DNA of 64,000 bases, taken from the NCBI GenBank assembly GCA_964365955.1, contig CAYISA010000004.1:2939-66938 (forward strand), read 5' to 3'. This DNA comes from an uncultured Candidatus Saccharibacteria bacterium (GTDB lineage Bacteria; Patescibacteriota; Minisyncoccia; UBA6257; GWB1-50-10). Of the stretch, positions 38,297 through 47,669 are shown piece by piece. The stretch's first letter is position 1; every line of letters starts with the position of its first letter. Both the position numbers and the translations under genes were made by a program. The notes under the pieces were generated by a model. It was not told where the DNA came from. It was given only the letters and a program-made list of their open reading frames with translations, and did no database searches.

Positions 38297-40219
38297 ATGG
38301 CATCAGAAAAAGCGAAAAAAACATCATCCTATAGTGCCAAAGACATCTACGTTTTAGAAGGTCTTGAACCCGTGCGGAAGCGTCCGGGAATGTATATTGG
38401 GACCACTGGGACCGATGGCTTGCACCATTTGATTTGGGAGATTGTTGACAACTCTATCGACGAGGCGATGGCGGGTTTCGCAAAAAACATTAAAATCGAG
38501 CTTCTGCCCGACAATAAAGTGATGGTGACGGACGATGGTCGCGGTATTCCGGTAGACATTCACGCAAAAACAAAAAAGTCAGCGCTTGAGACCGCGCTCT
38601 GCACGCTCCACGCCGGTGGAAAGTTCGGCGGAGAGTCCTATAAAGTATCGGGTGGTTTGCACGGCGTGGGAGTTTCGGTTGTAAACGCGCTTTCCAAATG
38701 GATGAAAGCGGAGGTTTGGAAAGATGGCGGCGTCTATGTGCAGGAATATAAGCGTGGCATTCCACAGTACAGCGTTAAAAAAATCGGTAAAACCGATAAA
38801 ACAGGAACCATTATTACGTTCCAACCCGACGAAGAAATTTTCTCCACGATCGAGTTTGACCTGAAAAAGATTTTGGAGCATAACCGCCAACAGGCCTATT
38901 TGACGAAAGGAGTGCGGTTGGAGTTGGTGGATGCGCGGAAAGGTAGCCCCGCATTTTTTGGTTTTTATTTTGAAGGGGGCCTGGGATCATACTTAAAATA
39001 TCTTGTGGGAACAGAAAAAGCACTCCATGATCGGCATTTTTACGTTCATAAAGAAAATGACAATGTGGATGTGGAAGCGGCGCTGTTGTATGTGAATGAT
39101 GTGGAGCCGGAAGAAAAAAGTTTTGCGAACAATATTTATACGCCGGATGGAGGGACGCATCTTACGGGTTTTCGCACTGCGCTTACTCGAACTTTGAATG
39201 ATTACGCTCGGAAAGAGGGATACATAAAAGAATCGGAAGAAAATTTAACCGGTGAGGACGTGCGCGAGGGCCTAGTTGCGGCAGTTTCCATTAAAATTCG
39301 GGAGCCGCAGTTCGAGGGGCAGACCAAGGCACGCCTGGGGAATCCGAATGCCCGTACGGCAGTGGACGCAGTAGTGTCCGAGGCGCTCAAGGAATTTTTG
39401 GAACGCTACGGAACCGACGCGCGCGGAATTATCGAAAAAAATCTTTTAGCCGCGAAAGCGCGTAAAGCCGCAAAAGCGGCAAAAGACACCGTGTTGCGGA
39501 AAGGCGCGCTTGAAGGACTGACACTGCCCGGCAAGTTAGCGGACTGTAGCTCCCGGAGTGCGGAAGATTCGGAGCTTTTTATCGTAGAGGGTGACTCCGC
39601 AGGAGGTTCGGCAAAGCAGGGCCGCGACCGCCGTTTTCAGGCGATTTTACCCCTCAAAGGGAAAATCTTAAATGTTGAAAAAGCGCGCATTGATAAGATG
39701 CTGTTGAATAAAGAGATCAAGTCGTTAGTCATCGCCCTTGGCACGGCCATTTCGGACAGTTTTGATATCAGCAAACTCCGTTATCATAAGATTATCTTGA
39801 TGACTGATGCCGACGTAGACGGAGCCCATATCCGCACTCTCCTTTTAACACTTTTTTACCGCTACTTCCCGCAGATTATCGAGAATGGGCACTTATGCAT
39901 TGCCCAGCCGCCCTTGTTTCGTCTACAAAAAGGGAAAGAGATTCATTATGCATATTCGGAGGGGGAAAAGGAAAAGCTACTGAAAGCGATGGGAACACAG
40001 AGCGTAGGGGTCCAGCGTTACAAAGGTTTGGGAGAGATGAATCCGACACAGTTGTGGGAAACAACATTGAATCCGGAAGTCCGCGTTTTAAAGAGAGTGG
40101 AAGTGGGGGATGCGGTTGCTGCGGATAAACTCTTCGATATTTTGATGGGAGAAGTGGTGGAACCGCGCAAAAACTTCATCCAGTCGCATGCCATGAGTGT
40201 CAAAAATCTTGACATTTAA
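38297..40219 (+). CDS. gyrB: DNA gyrase subunit B
   Basis: VRKRPGMYIG, EIVDNSIDE, SGGLHGVG, VEGDSAGG, MTDADVDG, RYKGLGEMN. Confidence 0.96.
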   Translation: MASEKAKKTSSYSAKDIYVLEGLEPVRKRPGMYIGTTGTDGLHHLIWEIVDNSIDEAMAGFAKNIKIELLPDNKVMVTDDGRGIPVDIHAKTKKSALETALCTLHAGGKFGGESYKVSGGLHGVGVSVVNALSKWMKAEVWKDGGVYVQEYKRGIPQYSVKKIGKTDKTGTIITFQPDEEIFSTIEFDLKKILEHNRQQAYLTKGVRLELVDARKGSPAFFGFYFEGGLGSYLKYLVGTEKALHDRHFYVHKENDNVDVEAALLYVNDVEPEEKSFANNIYTPDGGTHLTGFRTALTRTLNDYARKEGYIKESEENLTGEDVREGLVAAVSIKIREPQFEGQTKARLGNPNARTAVDAVVSEALKEFLERYGTDARGIIEKNLLAAKARKAAKAAKDTVLRKGALEGLTLPGKLADCSSRSAEDSELFIVEGDSAGGSAKQGRDRRFQAILPLKGKILNVEKARIDKMLLNKEIKSLVIALGTAISDSFDISKLRYHKIILMTDADVDGAHIRTLLLTLFYRYFPQIIENGHLCIAQPPLFRLQKGKEIHYAYSEGEKEKLLKAMGTQSVGVQRYKGLGEMNPTQLWETTLNPEVRVLKRVEVGDAVAADKLFDILMGEVVEPRKNFIQSHAMSVKNLDI

Positions 40220-40253
40220 GTCACTTCCCCTTATTCTCTAATGAATTGAACGT

Positions 40254-40445
40254 ATGATGGAACGCTTAAAGAAATTTTTTGAGGAATCACGCCAGGAACT
40301 GAAGCGCGTGAATTGGCCAACCCGCGAACAGACGATCCGTTACACCATGTTCGTGATCGGGCTTTCGCTCGGGCTTTCGGCATTTTTGGGCGTTATTGAT
40401 TTCGGGTTTTTACAGGGACTAAAAGCAATTCTGCCGATTTATTAA
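40254..40445 (+). CDS. secE: Preprotein translocase SecE
   Basis: ELKRVNWPTR plus one TM; precedes nusG. Confidence 0.92.
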   Translation: MMERLKKFFEESRQELKRVNWPTREQTIRYTMFVIGLSLGLSAFLGVIDFGFLQGLKAILPIY

Positions 40446-40454
40446 CGTTGTAGT

Positions 40455-41030
40455 ATGACAGAGGCAAAAAAAGAACAAAAACAAATTAAGGAGGCACCAA
40501 AAAGCGAACGCCGCTGGTATGCAATCCATACGTATTCAGGGTATGAAGACGCGGTGGAGCGTTATCTGAAGCAGCGGGTGGCATCACTGATGATGAGCGA
40601 TAAAATTTTCAATGTGGTTGTTCCGAAAGAAGTGAAAATTCGCGTGAAAGGCGGAAAGCGGCACACGATGGAAGAAAAGATTTACCCCGGGTACGTGTTG
40701 GTGGATATGGTGATGGATCACGATTCATGGTCGGTGGTGCGGAACACGCCGCGCGTAACCGGCTTTGTGGGCGCCGACAGTTCTGTCCCTACGCCGCTTT
40801 CGCAGGAAGAGATTGATTCTTTATTGGTTAGAATGGGACAGCGCGAGACGAAGTTCAAGGTGGATTTGCGCTTGAACGAGCTGGTGCGGATTGCGGATGG
40901 GCCGTTCAAGGATCAAGAAGGAAGGGTTTCGGAAGTGGACGAAGAACACGGTAAGGTGAAGGTAATGGTCCCCATCTTCGGTCGCGATACTATTTTGGAA
41001 CTTGACTCGTTGCAGGTAAGAAAGATATAA
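40455..41030 (+). CDS. nusG: Transcription factor NusG
   Basis: WYAIHTYSGYE, PGYVLV, VRNTPRVTGFVG, KOW DGPF. Confidence 0.96.
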   Translation: MTEAKKEQKQIKEAPKSERRWYAIHTYSGYEDAVERYLKQRVASLMMSDKIFNVVVPKEVKIRVKGGKRHTMEEKIYPGYVLVDMVMDHDSWSVVRNTPRVTGFVGADSSVPTPLSQEEIDSLLVRMGQRETKFKVDLRLNELVRIADGPFKDQEGRVSEVDEEHGKVKVMVPIFGRDTILELDSLQVRKI

Positions 41031-41040
41031 CTAACCATCT

Positions 41041-41466
41041 ATGGCAAAACCCATCAAAACAACTTTGAAATTGCAGATTGAGGCAGGGAAAGCAAATCCG
41101 GCGCCGCCGATCGGTCCTGCGCTCGGTCAGCACGGAGTGAACATTCAGCAATTTTGTCAGCAGTTCAATGAGGCGACAAAAGAAATGCACGGCGATGTGG
41201 TGCCGGCGGAGATTACGATTTATGAGGATCGTAGTTTTACATTCAAATTAAAGACTCCACCCGCCTCCGCTCTTCTGAAGAAGGCGGCAGGCATCGAGAA
41301 GGGCGCGGCAACGCCCGGGACGGTAAAGGTAGGCAAGGTGAGCCGGGCGGACTTACGAAAAATCGCGGAGAGAAAGATGGAGGATCTGAATACTACGGAC
41401 GTAGATGCGGCTATGAAAATCATCGCGGGTACGGCAAAAAACATGGGAATTGAGATCGTCGATTAA
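41041..41466 (+). CDS. rplK: 50S ribosomal protein L11
   Basis: [26 protein letters not shown]. Confidence 0.97.
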   Translation: MAKPIKTTLKLQIEAGKANPAPPIGPALGQHGVNIQQFCQQFNEATKEMHGDVVPAEITIYEDRSFTFKLKTPPASALLKKAAGIEKGAATPGTVKVGKVSRADLRKIAERKMEDLNTTDVDAAMKIIAGTAKNMGIEIVD

Positions 41467-41485
41467 AGGATTTGACTTCAAGAAG

Positions 41486-41518
41486 ACGGGCTGGAATAAT
41501 CATTTCAGCTCGTTTTTT
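41486..41518 (+). terminator. Intrinsic terminator after rplK
   Basis: ACGGGCTGGAAT-aatc-ATTTCAGCTCGT then T tract. Confidence 0.7.
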
Positions 41519-41540
41519 ATTACAATAAAGGGGAAAAAAG

Positions 41541-42392
41541 ATGAAAATCAATCCACGTTTTATGGTGATTGAGGGCCTTTCCGGTTCCGGAAAAAGCACC
41601 CTAGCAAGGCGTATTGTGGCGCGTTTGGAAGCTGAACGTGCGCCGGCATTTTATAACGCAGAGCCGACCAAAGAGAACCCGATGCCGTTCGGGAAAGTGA
41701 TCCGCCAGATCATCGAGGGGCGGAAGCTCGACCAATCAGAGGTATACGCTTGTATCGGTGCGATTTGGTGTCTCTACGAGCAACTTGCGAAAAGCAGTGC
41801 AAATTGGAGAACGCAGATGCGCCCCCTCCTCATTTATAAATTGTTCGACAATATTGAAAGCAAGTTGTCTCAAATGGCAGACTTGGGAGATAAAAAAAAT
41901 CTCCTGAACGAACTTGAGTTACAGACGCTTTTCCTGATCGACCGCAGATATGATTTGGAGTATGCCATCGAACCAAAGACAGCCCGGGGAAATATTCTGG
42001 TACAGGATCGGTATGAGCTCACCACTTTTGCATACGGTGGAAGCCGCGGACTTTTTATTGAGGACATGTGGAATCTGCAAGTGTTGATTACGGGCGAACA
42101 TTACCGCGTGCCGATTTTGACTGTTGTGTTTAAGGTGGATCCGGCGACTGCTGCCGCGCGCTTGCAAAGTTCCGGGAAAACTCTGGATCGGTTTGAAATG
42201 ACCGCGGAGAGCCTCCAAAAAATCGATGCCGAATACGATTCAGCGATCGAGTTTTTGCGTAGAAAACACCAGGCTATCGCGGTGGAAGATCGTGCAACAT
42301 GGCACGGGATTACCACGATCGATGCGAACCGTCCCGAAGATGAAGTGTTCGATGAACTTTGGCGGTTGGTCAGCAGTATTTTTCTTCGGTAG
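41541..42392 (+). CDS. Thymidylate kinase-like protein (divergent, with insertion)
   Basis: FMVIEGLSGSGKST, AEPT, LFLIDR, QDRY, DRFE, IDANRP. Confidence 0.72.
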   Translation: MKINPRFMVIEGLSGSGKSTLARRIVARLEAERAPAFYNAEPTKENPMPFGKVIRQIIEGRKLDQSEVYACIGAIWCLYEQLAKSSANWRTQMRPLLIYKLFDNIESKLSQMADLGDKKNLLNELELQTLFLIDRRYDLEYAIEPKTARGNILVQDRYELTTFAYGGSRGLFIEDMWNLQVLITGEHYRVPILTVVFKVDPATAAARLQSSGKTLDRFEMTAESLQKIDAEYDSAIEFLRRKHQAIAVEDRATWHGITTIDANRPEDEVFDELWRLVSSIFLR

Positions 42393-42398
42393 CAAAAG

Positions 42399-42424
42399 AT
42401 CCCCGTTTTCCACGGGGATTTTTA
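42399..42424 (+). terminator. Intrinsic terminator
   Basis: ATCCCCGT-tttcc-ACGGGGAT then T tract. Confidence 0.75.
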
Positions 42425-42462
42425 TTTCTCAAAAGCAGATTTTCGTTGTATTATGATCAGGT

Positions 42463-43884
42463 ATGAGGATTCCAACGATTGGGCTTGAGATCCACGCGGA
42501 ACTAAAAACTACCACCAAGATGTTTTGCGCCTGCCCGAACAATCCCAGCGAGAAACGTCCTAATACGAACGTATGTCCCATTTGTTTGGCGCACCCAGGG
42601 GTATTGCCGGTGGCAAACCGCGTCGCGATCGAGTCGGTTATCCGGACGGGGCTCGCGCTTCACGGCACGGTAGCGCTTGATTCCCATTTTGACCGCAAAA
42701 GCTATTTTTATCCCGATCTGCCGAAAGGATATCAAATTTCCCAGTATGAAAAGCCGCTTATTACGGGCGGGATGCTCCAGAATATCCGAATCCGCCGCAT
42801 CCATTTGGAAGAAGATACGGGGCGGCTGTTGCATGAACTTCCGGACGGGAAAGTATCAAAAAAAGAAGCGACGTATGTGGATTATAATCGCGCAGGCGTG
42901 CCGCTTATGGAACTGGTGACGGAACCCGATATCAAAACAGCGGAAGAGGCAACTGCATTCGCTAAAGAACTGCAGCTTATTTTGAGGTATCTGGGTGTCT
43001 CCGATGCGGACATGGAGCATGGCCAGATGCGGGTAGAGGCGAATATCAGTTTAGATATGGGCACTAAGGTGGAGGTAAAAAATATCAACTCCTTCAAAGC
43101 GGTCTTTGGTGCGATCCAGTACGAAATAAAGCGCCAGAGTGAGGTACTCGATGAAAAAAGAAAGGTAGCACAGGAGACGCGGGGATGGAACGATAAAAAA
43201 GGAATCACGGAAAGCCAGCGGTCCAAAGAATCCGCGCATGATTATCGGTATTTCCCGGAGCCGGACATTCCGCCGCTCGATCTGCGCGTGTTTGATCTGG
43301 AGCATCTCAAAAACGCTGTTCCCGAATTGCCGGACGCAAAACGGAAGCGGTTTGCCGAAGAGTTCGGAATCCATCGCGAGCAGGCGAATCTATTGGTGGA
43401 GAATAAAGAAGTCTCCGAGTATTTTGAAAAGGCCGCTTCGGAACTTAAGGAGAAAATGCCGGAAGCGGATTACATACTTTTAGTGAATTATTTTACAACG
43501 GATTTGTGGTCACTGATGAACAAAAAAGGAGTCGCGCTCGGCGAGTTAAAAATTCTGCCCGAGCACCTGGCGCATTTAGTGATGTTTATCAGGAAGGGGA
43601 CGCTCTCAAGTCGTCTTGCGAAGAATCTTTTGCAGAAAATGTTTGAAACAGGCGAGGACCCCGAGACATTGATGGAATCATCGGGGGTAAGGGTTATGCA
43701 GGATGTCGGGGAACTCGAAAAAATCGTGGACGAAATAATCAAGAAAAATCCGAAACCGGCGGAGGATTACAAAAAAGGCAATAAAAATTCGGTTCAGTTT
43801 CTAATCGGACAAGCTATGGCGCGCACCAAAGGTCAAGCAGATCCAGAGAAACTAAAAGAGTTTTTCGAGAAGAAGCTACGATAA
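42463..43884 (+). CDS. gatB: Asp/Glu-tRNA amidotransferase subunit B
   Basis: IGLEIH, YFYPDLPKGYQISQ, IHLEED, NRAGVPLMELV, YRYFPEPD. Confidence 0.97.
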   Translation: MRIPTIGLEIHAELKTTTKMFCACPNNPSEKRPNTNVCPICLAHPGVLPVANRVAIESVIRTGLALHGTVALDSHFDRKSYFYPDLPKGYQISQYEKPLITGGMLQNIRIRRIHLEEDTGRLLHELPDGKVSKKEATYVDYNRAGVPLMELVTEPDIKTAEEATAFAKELQLILRYLGVSDADMEHGQMRVEANISLDMGTKVEVKNINSFKAVFGAIQYEIKRQSEVLDEKRKVAQETRGWNDKKGITESQRSKESAHDYRYFPEPDIPPLDLRVFDLEHLKNAVPELPDAKRKRFAEEFGIHREQANLLVENKEVSEYFEKAASELKEKMPEADYILLVNYFTTDLWSLMNKKGVALGELKILPEHLAHLVMFIRKGTLSSRLAKNLLQKMFETGEDPETLMESSGVRVMQDVGELEKIVDEIIKKNPKPAEDYKKGNKNSVQFLIGQAMARTKGQADPEKLKEFFEKKLR

Positions 43885-43986
43885 AGAGAAAATAGAAGTT
43901 TAAATTCACCTTCGGTTGACTTTTTTATAAAAACAGAGGTAACATTATTGTAGTAGTTCGTTAAAAATTTAGAAGGATAAGTTCAT

Positions 43987-44343
43987 ATGTCAAAGTATAT
44001 TGGAGACGTGTTTGATTTTCCAAAAGTGATCGTAACTCGGTTTGAAGATGAGAGTATAAAAGGTTTGCGAGAGGGAGACCATATGTTTGTAAGCGTTGCG
44101 AAAGCGGGCAATGGAGATGTTGGTTTCACTATCCTTTTTCAACGGGGCAAGAAATTGATCCAATTTAGGACATCAAGCCGGAGATCTCCCGAGTTCCATT
44201 TTAGCGCAATTCTTTCATCAACAACGATATCCGAATATGCGATTTTACGTATGGTGGAAATGATCGTTCTTATCTCGGGAAGGATGAGCGCCCGTTTAAT
44301 TGGCAGAACGCACCGTGGTGAATACGAATTTGTTTTGGGATAG
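43987..44343 (+). CDS. Hypothetical protein
   Basis: 118-aa ORF with AGAAGGA RBS, upstream TTGACT, downstream hairpin. Confidence 0.6.
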   Translation: MSKYIGDVFDFPKVIVTRFEDESIKGLREGDHMFVSVAKAGNGDVGFTILFQRGKKLIQFRTSSRRSPEFHFSAILSSTTISEYAILRMVEMIVLISGRMSARLIGRTHRGEYEFVLG

Positions 44344-44350
44344 AGGCATT

Positions 44351-44375
44351 CCCCCACATATACGTGGGGGTTTTT
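44351..44375. terminator. Terminator between convergent genes
   Basis: CCCCCAC-atatac-GTGGGGG-TTTTT. Confidence 0.7.
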
Positions 44376-45315
44376 ATTTCAAGAATTTTTTCATCAGTGA
44401 AAATGTTTGTTTTCTGTCCGAAATCCAATGAATGCGCTTGTCGCGCTTAAACCAGGTCATCTGCCGTTTTATGTATTGGATACTTGCCCGTTCCCATTCC
44501 GCTTTCATGACTCTGTCAGTAAGTTTTTTCTGGATATAGAGACACAAAATACGATATTCAAATCCCAGTCCTTCAAGTCGCTTCCAGGAAACTCCTTTGC
44601 CTGTTCGTGGATTGTGGAGTTGTCGGATCTCTGTAAGCATGCCCCCGCGGAGACGTTTTAGAAGCCGCGCGTGTATAAGTCTTTTGAGTTCAGTTTTATT
44701 CTTCGTGATCCCGATTATCAACACATCATCCTGAAACGGTTTTTGGGTAAGCACAGGAACTTTTCCAAGCGCTTCAATAATTTCAAGTGCGCGGATCAGA
44801 CGGCGAGGATTATGGGGGTCGATGGCTATTGCACGTCTAGGGTCTTTCTGCTGCACTATCCGGAAAAGTTCTTGTGTCGTCTTTTTCTCCAGCTTTTTTC
44901 GAAGTGCGAAGTTTGGTTTTACTTCTGGGATGACGATGCCATCTGTCACCGATTGAATATAGAGTCCCGTTCCACCGCAAAGAATAGGTAGCTTGCCTCG
45001 CTTTAAGATATTTTGGATGGCGACACGGGCAAGACACTGATACTCGGCAACCGTAAAGGTTTGTTCGGGGTTCGCAACATCGAGCAAGTGATGGCGAACG
45101 CCGCGCATCTCGTGCTTTGTTATTTTTCCGGATGTAATATCGAATCCTTTATAAACCTGCCGTGAATCGGCGGAGACAACTTCTCCGTTATATCGGCGCG
45201 CCAAAAAAACCGCTAAAGAACTTTTTCCGCTGGCAGTTGGGCCAAGAACAACGACCAATTTTGGTGCGCTGTGCTTACGTCCGTTCGCGGATTTCTTTTG
45301 TGATTTTTTTAACAA
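44374..45315 (-). CDS. miaA: tRNA dimethylallyltransferase
   Basis: LGPTASGKS, SADSRQVY, GGTGLY, KRQMTWF; exact start uncertain (overlaps thrS end). Confidence 0.94.
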   Translation of the reverse strand: MLKKSQKKSANGRKHSAPKLVVVLGPTASGKSSLAVFLARRYNGEVVSADSRQVYKGFDITSGKITKHEMRGVRHHLLDVANPEQTFTVAEYQCLARVAIQNILKRGKLPILCGGTGLYIQSVTDGIVIPEVKPNFALRKKLEKKTTQELFRIVQQKDPRRAIAIDPHNPRRLIRALEIIEALGKVPVLTQKPFQDDVLIIGITKNKTELKRLIHARLLKRLRGGMLTEIRQLHNPRTGKGVSWKRLEGLGFEYRILCLYIQKKLTDRVMKAEWERASIQYIKRQMTWFKRDKRIHWISDRKQTFSLMKKFLK

Positions 45316-47020
45316 ATTCTTTTGTCGGCAACGTTTCCGTTTCTTTTTTGTTGCGCGTGCGTATATTCACTGCGTTGGAACTCGTTTCCTTTTCGCCCAC
45401 GACAAGGATGTAGGGAATTTTAAGTAACTCGGCTTCACGAATGCGTTTTCCAAGTGTTTCGTTCGAAGGCGCCAGTTCCGCGCGACACCCTGCTTTTTTC
45501 AGTTCTTCAAGCACTTTTTCTGCATATTCTTGCTGTTTTTCACTTACCGCAAGGATTTGCACTTGTGTCGGAGAAATCCATGTCGGAAGCGCTCCTGAAT
45601 AGTGTTCTAAGAGTACCATCATAAACCGCTCGGACGAGCCAATGATCGCTCTGTGGACCATTACGGGCCTTTTTTCTTTCCCGTTCGCATCAATATAGGA
45701 AAGGTCAAAACGTTCGGGAAGAAAAAAGTCTATTTGTACGGTCGAAAGTTGCCACTCGCGTCCCAGCGCGTCGGTGGCAATCAGATCCATTTTGGGAGCA
45801 TAGAATGCCGCTTCTCCGGGCCCGTCAAAATATTCAATTCCATTCCTTTTCATGATTTTTTCTGCCCATTGTTCCACCTTATCCCATGTGGTGCGATCTC
45901 CAAGATACTTTTCAGGATGCTCTTTATCGCTGGTGGAGAGGCGGTAGCGATACTTAAAATCGAACGTTCGCATAACTTCTTTGGTCATTGCAAGAGCGCG
46001 ATCAATCTCTTCATCTACTTGGTCTTCGCGACAAAAAATATGGCAGTCATCCTGTGAAAAAGAGCGCACACGTGCCAGGCCGTTTAACTCGCCTGGTTTT
46101 TCATCGCGGTAGAGCATTGCGAAGTCCGTGTAACGAATCGGCAAATCACGATAACTTCGGGGTTTGGAGGCGTAAATCTGCGTATGCTGGGGACAATTCA
46201 TCGGTTTGAGGTAAAATTCTTCCTCTGAATAGTTTGAATGCACACTAAAGAGATTCTCTCTATATTTGTTGTAATGCCCGGATGTTTTAAAAAGGTCAGC
46301 TTTTACGATTTGTGGGGTCCATACTTGCTCATATCCTGCCGCTGTTTGTAATTCTTCAATATAATCGTTCAACGATTGACGGATAAATGTTCCACGGGGA
46401 GTAAAGAGTGGGAGTCCACTTCCGACAAGCGGAGAGAAAGTAAAAAGGTCCAACTGCTTTCCTAATTTGCGGTGGTCTCGTTTTTTTGCTTCTTCCCGCA
46501 GCACTAGATAATTCGACAATTCTTCTTTGTTGGCAAATGCCAGCCCATAGATGCGGGTGAGCATTGTTTTATTCTCATCTCCTCGCCAGTAGGCCCCCGC
46601 AACACGGTCAAGTTTGAAGGATGTGGGATCAATTGAGCGCGTATCTTCTACGTGGCCGCCACGGCAGAGATCGGTAAACTGGCCCGATGTGTATAGAGAT
46701 AGTGTTTTCCCTTCCTCTGCGAATTCGTTGATCAACTCCAGTTTGTAGGGATTTTTCGAAAAATGTTTTTTTGCGTCGGAGACAGAGATCTCCTTCCGTT
46801 CAAACGAGTTCCAAGAGGGAAGGATTTCCCGCATTTTTTCTTCGATCTTAGTAAGATCGGCGTCCGAAATAGGTGTTAGAAATTCAAAATCGTAATAAAA
46901 GCCGTTTTCGATAGCCGGACCAATGGTATTTTTTGTCCCCGGATATAACTCAAGAACCGCAGCGGCCAAAAGATGGGCGAGTGAATGGCGGATATGATCC
47001 AGTTTTTCTGCTTTATCCAT
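45275..47020 (-). CDS. thrS: Threonine-tRNA ligase
   Basis: RHSLAHLLA, DLCRGGH, RDHRKLG, LKPMNCP, FYAPK, HRAIIGS; start placed at ATG 47020. Confidence 0.97.
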   Translation of the reverse strand: MDKAEKLDHIRHSLAHLLAAAVLELYPGTKNTIGPAIENGFYYDFEFLTPISDADLTKIEEKMREILPSWNSFERKEISVSDAKKHFSKNPYKLELINEFAEEGKTLSLYTSGQFTDLCRGGHVEDTRSIDPTSFKLDRVAGAYWRGDENKTMLTRIYGLAFANKEELSNYLVLREEAKKRDHRKLGKQLDLFTFSPLVGSGLPLFTPRGTFIRQSLNDYIEELQTAAGYEQVWTPQIVKADLFKTSGHYNKYRENLFSVHSNYSEEEFYLKPMNCPQHTQIYASKPRSYRDLPIRYTDFAMLYRDEKPGELNGLARVRSFSQDDCHIFCREDQVDEEIDRALAMTKEVMRTFDFKYRYRLSTSDKEHPEKYLGDRTTWDKVEQWAEKIMKRNGIEYFDGPGEAAFYAPKMDLIATDALGREWQLSTVQIDFFLPERFDLSYIDANGKEKRPVMVHRAIIGSSERFMMVLLEHYSGALPTWISPTQVQILAVSEKQQEYAEKVLEELKKAGCRAELAPSNETLGKRIREAELLKIPYILVVGEKETSSNAVNIRTRNKKETETLPTKEFVKKITKEIRERT

Positions 47021-47155
47021 AGTGTTCATTATACCCGAATTTTCACGTTATTTTCAATTTCAGTGAATTTTTGTGTTAGCTTGCAAATCATTCTATTTTA
47101 ATGCATGCTCTTTGTAGTTCATATTTCTACCAAATAAGATAAGAAAGGAATACCG

Positions 47156-47638
47156 ATGTATCCGCTCCATGATTTTTTCGTTGATTGCAAAAAGACCGGT
47201 TTTATCTTTGTGTACGAATCGTTTGAAGAAGCTCTGGATCAATTCCAAAAGATTCGGACGTCTTTAGATCGATTTCAAGCACCCGATGGTACGTATAAAG
47301 TGGCGCCCTGTCCTTATTTGCCCGATCAGATGGATGAGGTGATGGATGATATGACTGCATCCGTCTTAATGCTGGACATCTGCAGTTTGATCGAAAAAGA
47401 TCCAAAGGATGGACTTACGGAAAAGCCGTTCGATTTGCGTTTGCCTTTTGACGCTCTCGTGCGCCGATTTATTTACTCAAATATGTGGCTGGGTAATGAA
47501 GAGATTGGTCATAAGCTGGTTCAAAAGGCAGTGCGTTATTTGAAACTGCGTCTCGCATTCCAGCCATTTGCATCACAACTGAACGATCTCTACGCTGGCT
47601 CTATTGAAAATCTGGATGCGATACCAATCGTGCAATAA
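47156..47638 (+). CDS. Hypothetical protein
   Basis: 160-aa ORF with GAAAGGA RBS, followed by a hairpin. Confidence 0.62.
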   Translation: MYPLHDFFVDCKKTGFIFVYESFEEALDQFQKIRTSLDRFQAPDGTYKVAPCPYLPDQMDEVMDDMTASVLMLDICSLIEKDPKDGLTEKPFDLRLPFDALVRRFIYSNMWLGNEEIGHKLVQKAVRYLKLRLAFQPFASQLNDLYAGSIENLDAIPIVQ

Positions 47639-47645
47639 ATCGAGC

Positions 47646-47669
47646 CCCCCGCTTTCGCGGGGGATTTTT
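47646..47669. terminator. Terminator between convergent genes
   Basis: CCCCCGC-tttc-GCGGGGG-ATTTTT. Confidence 0.72.
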
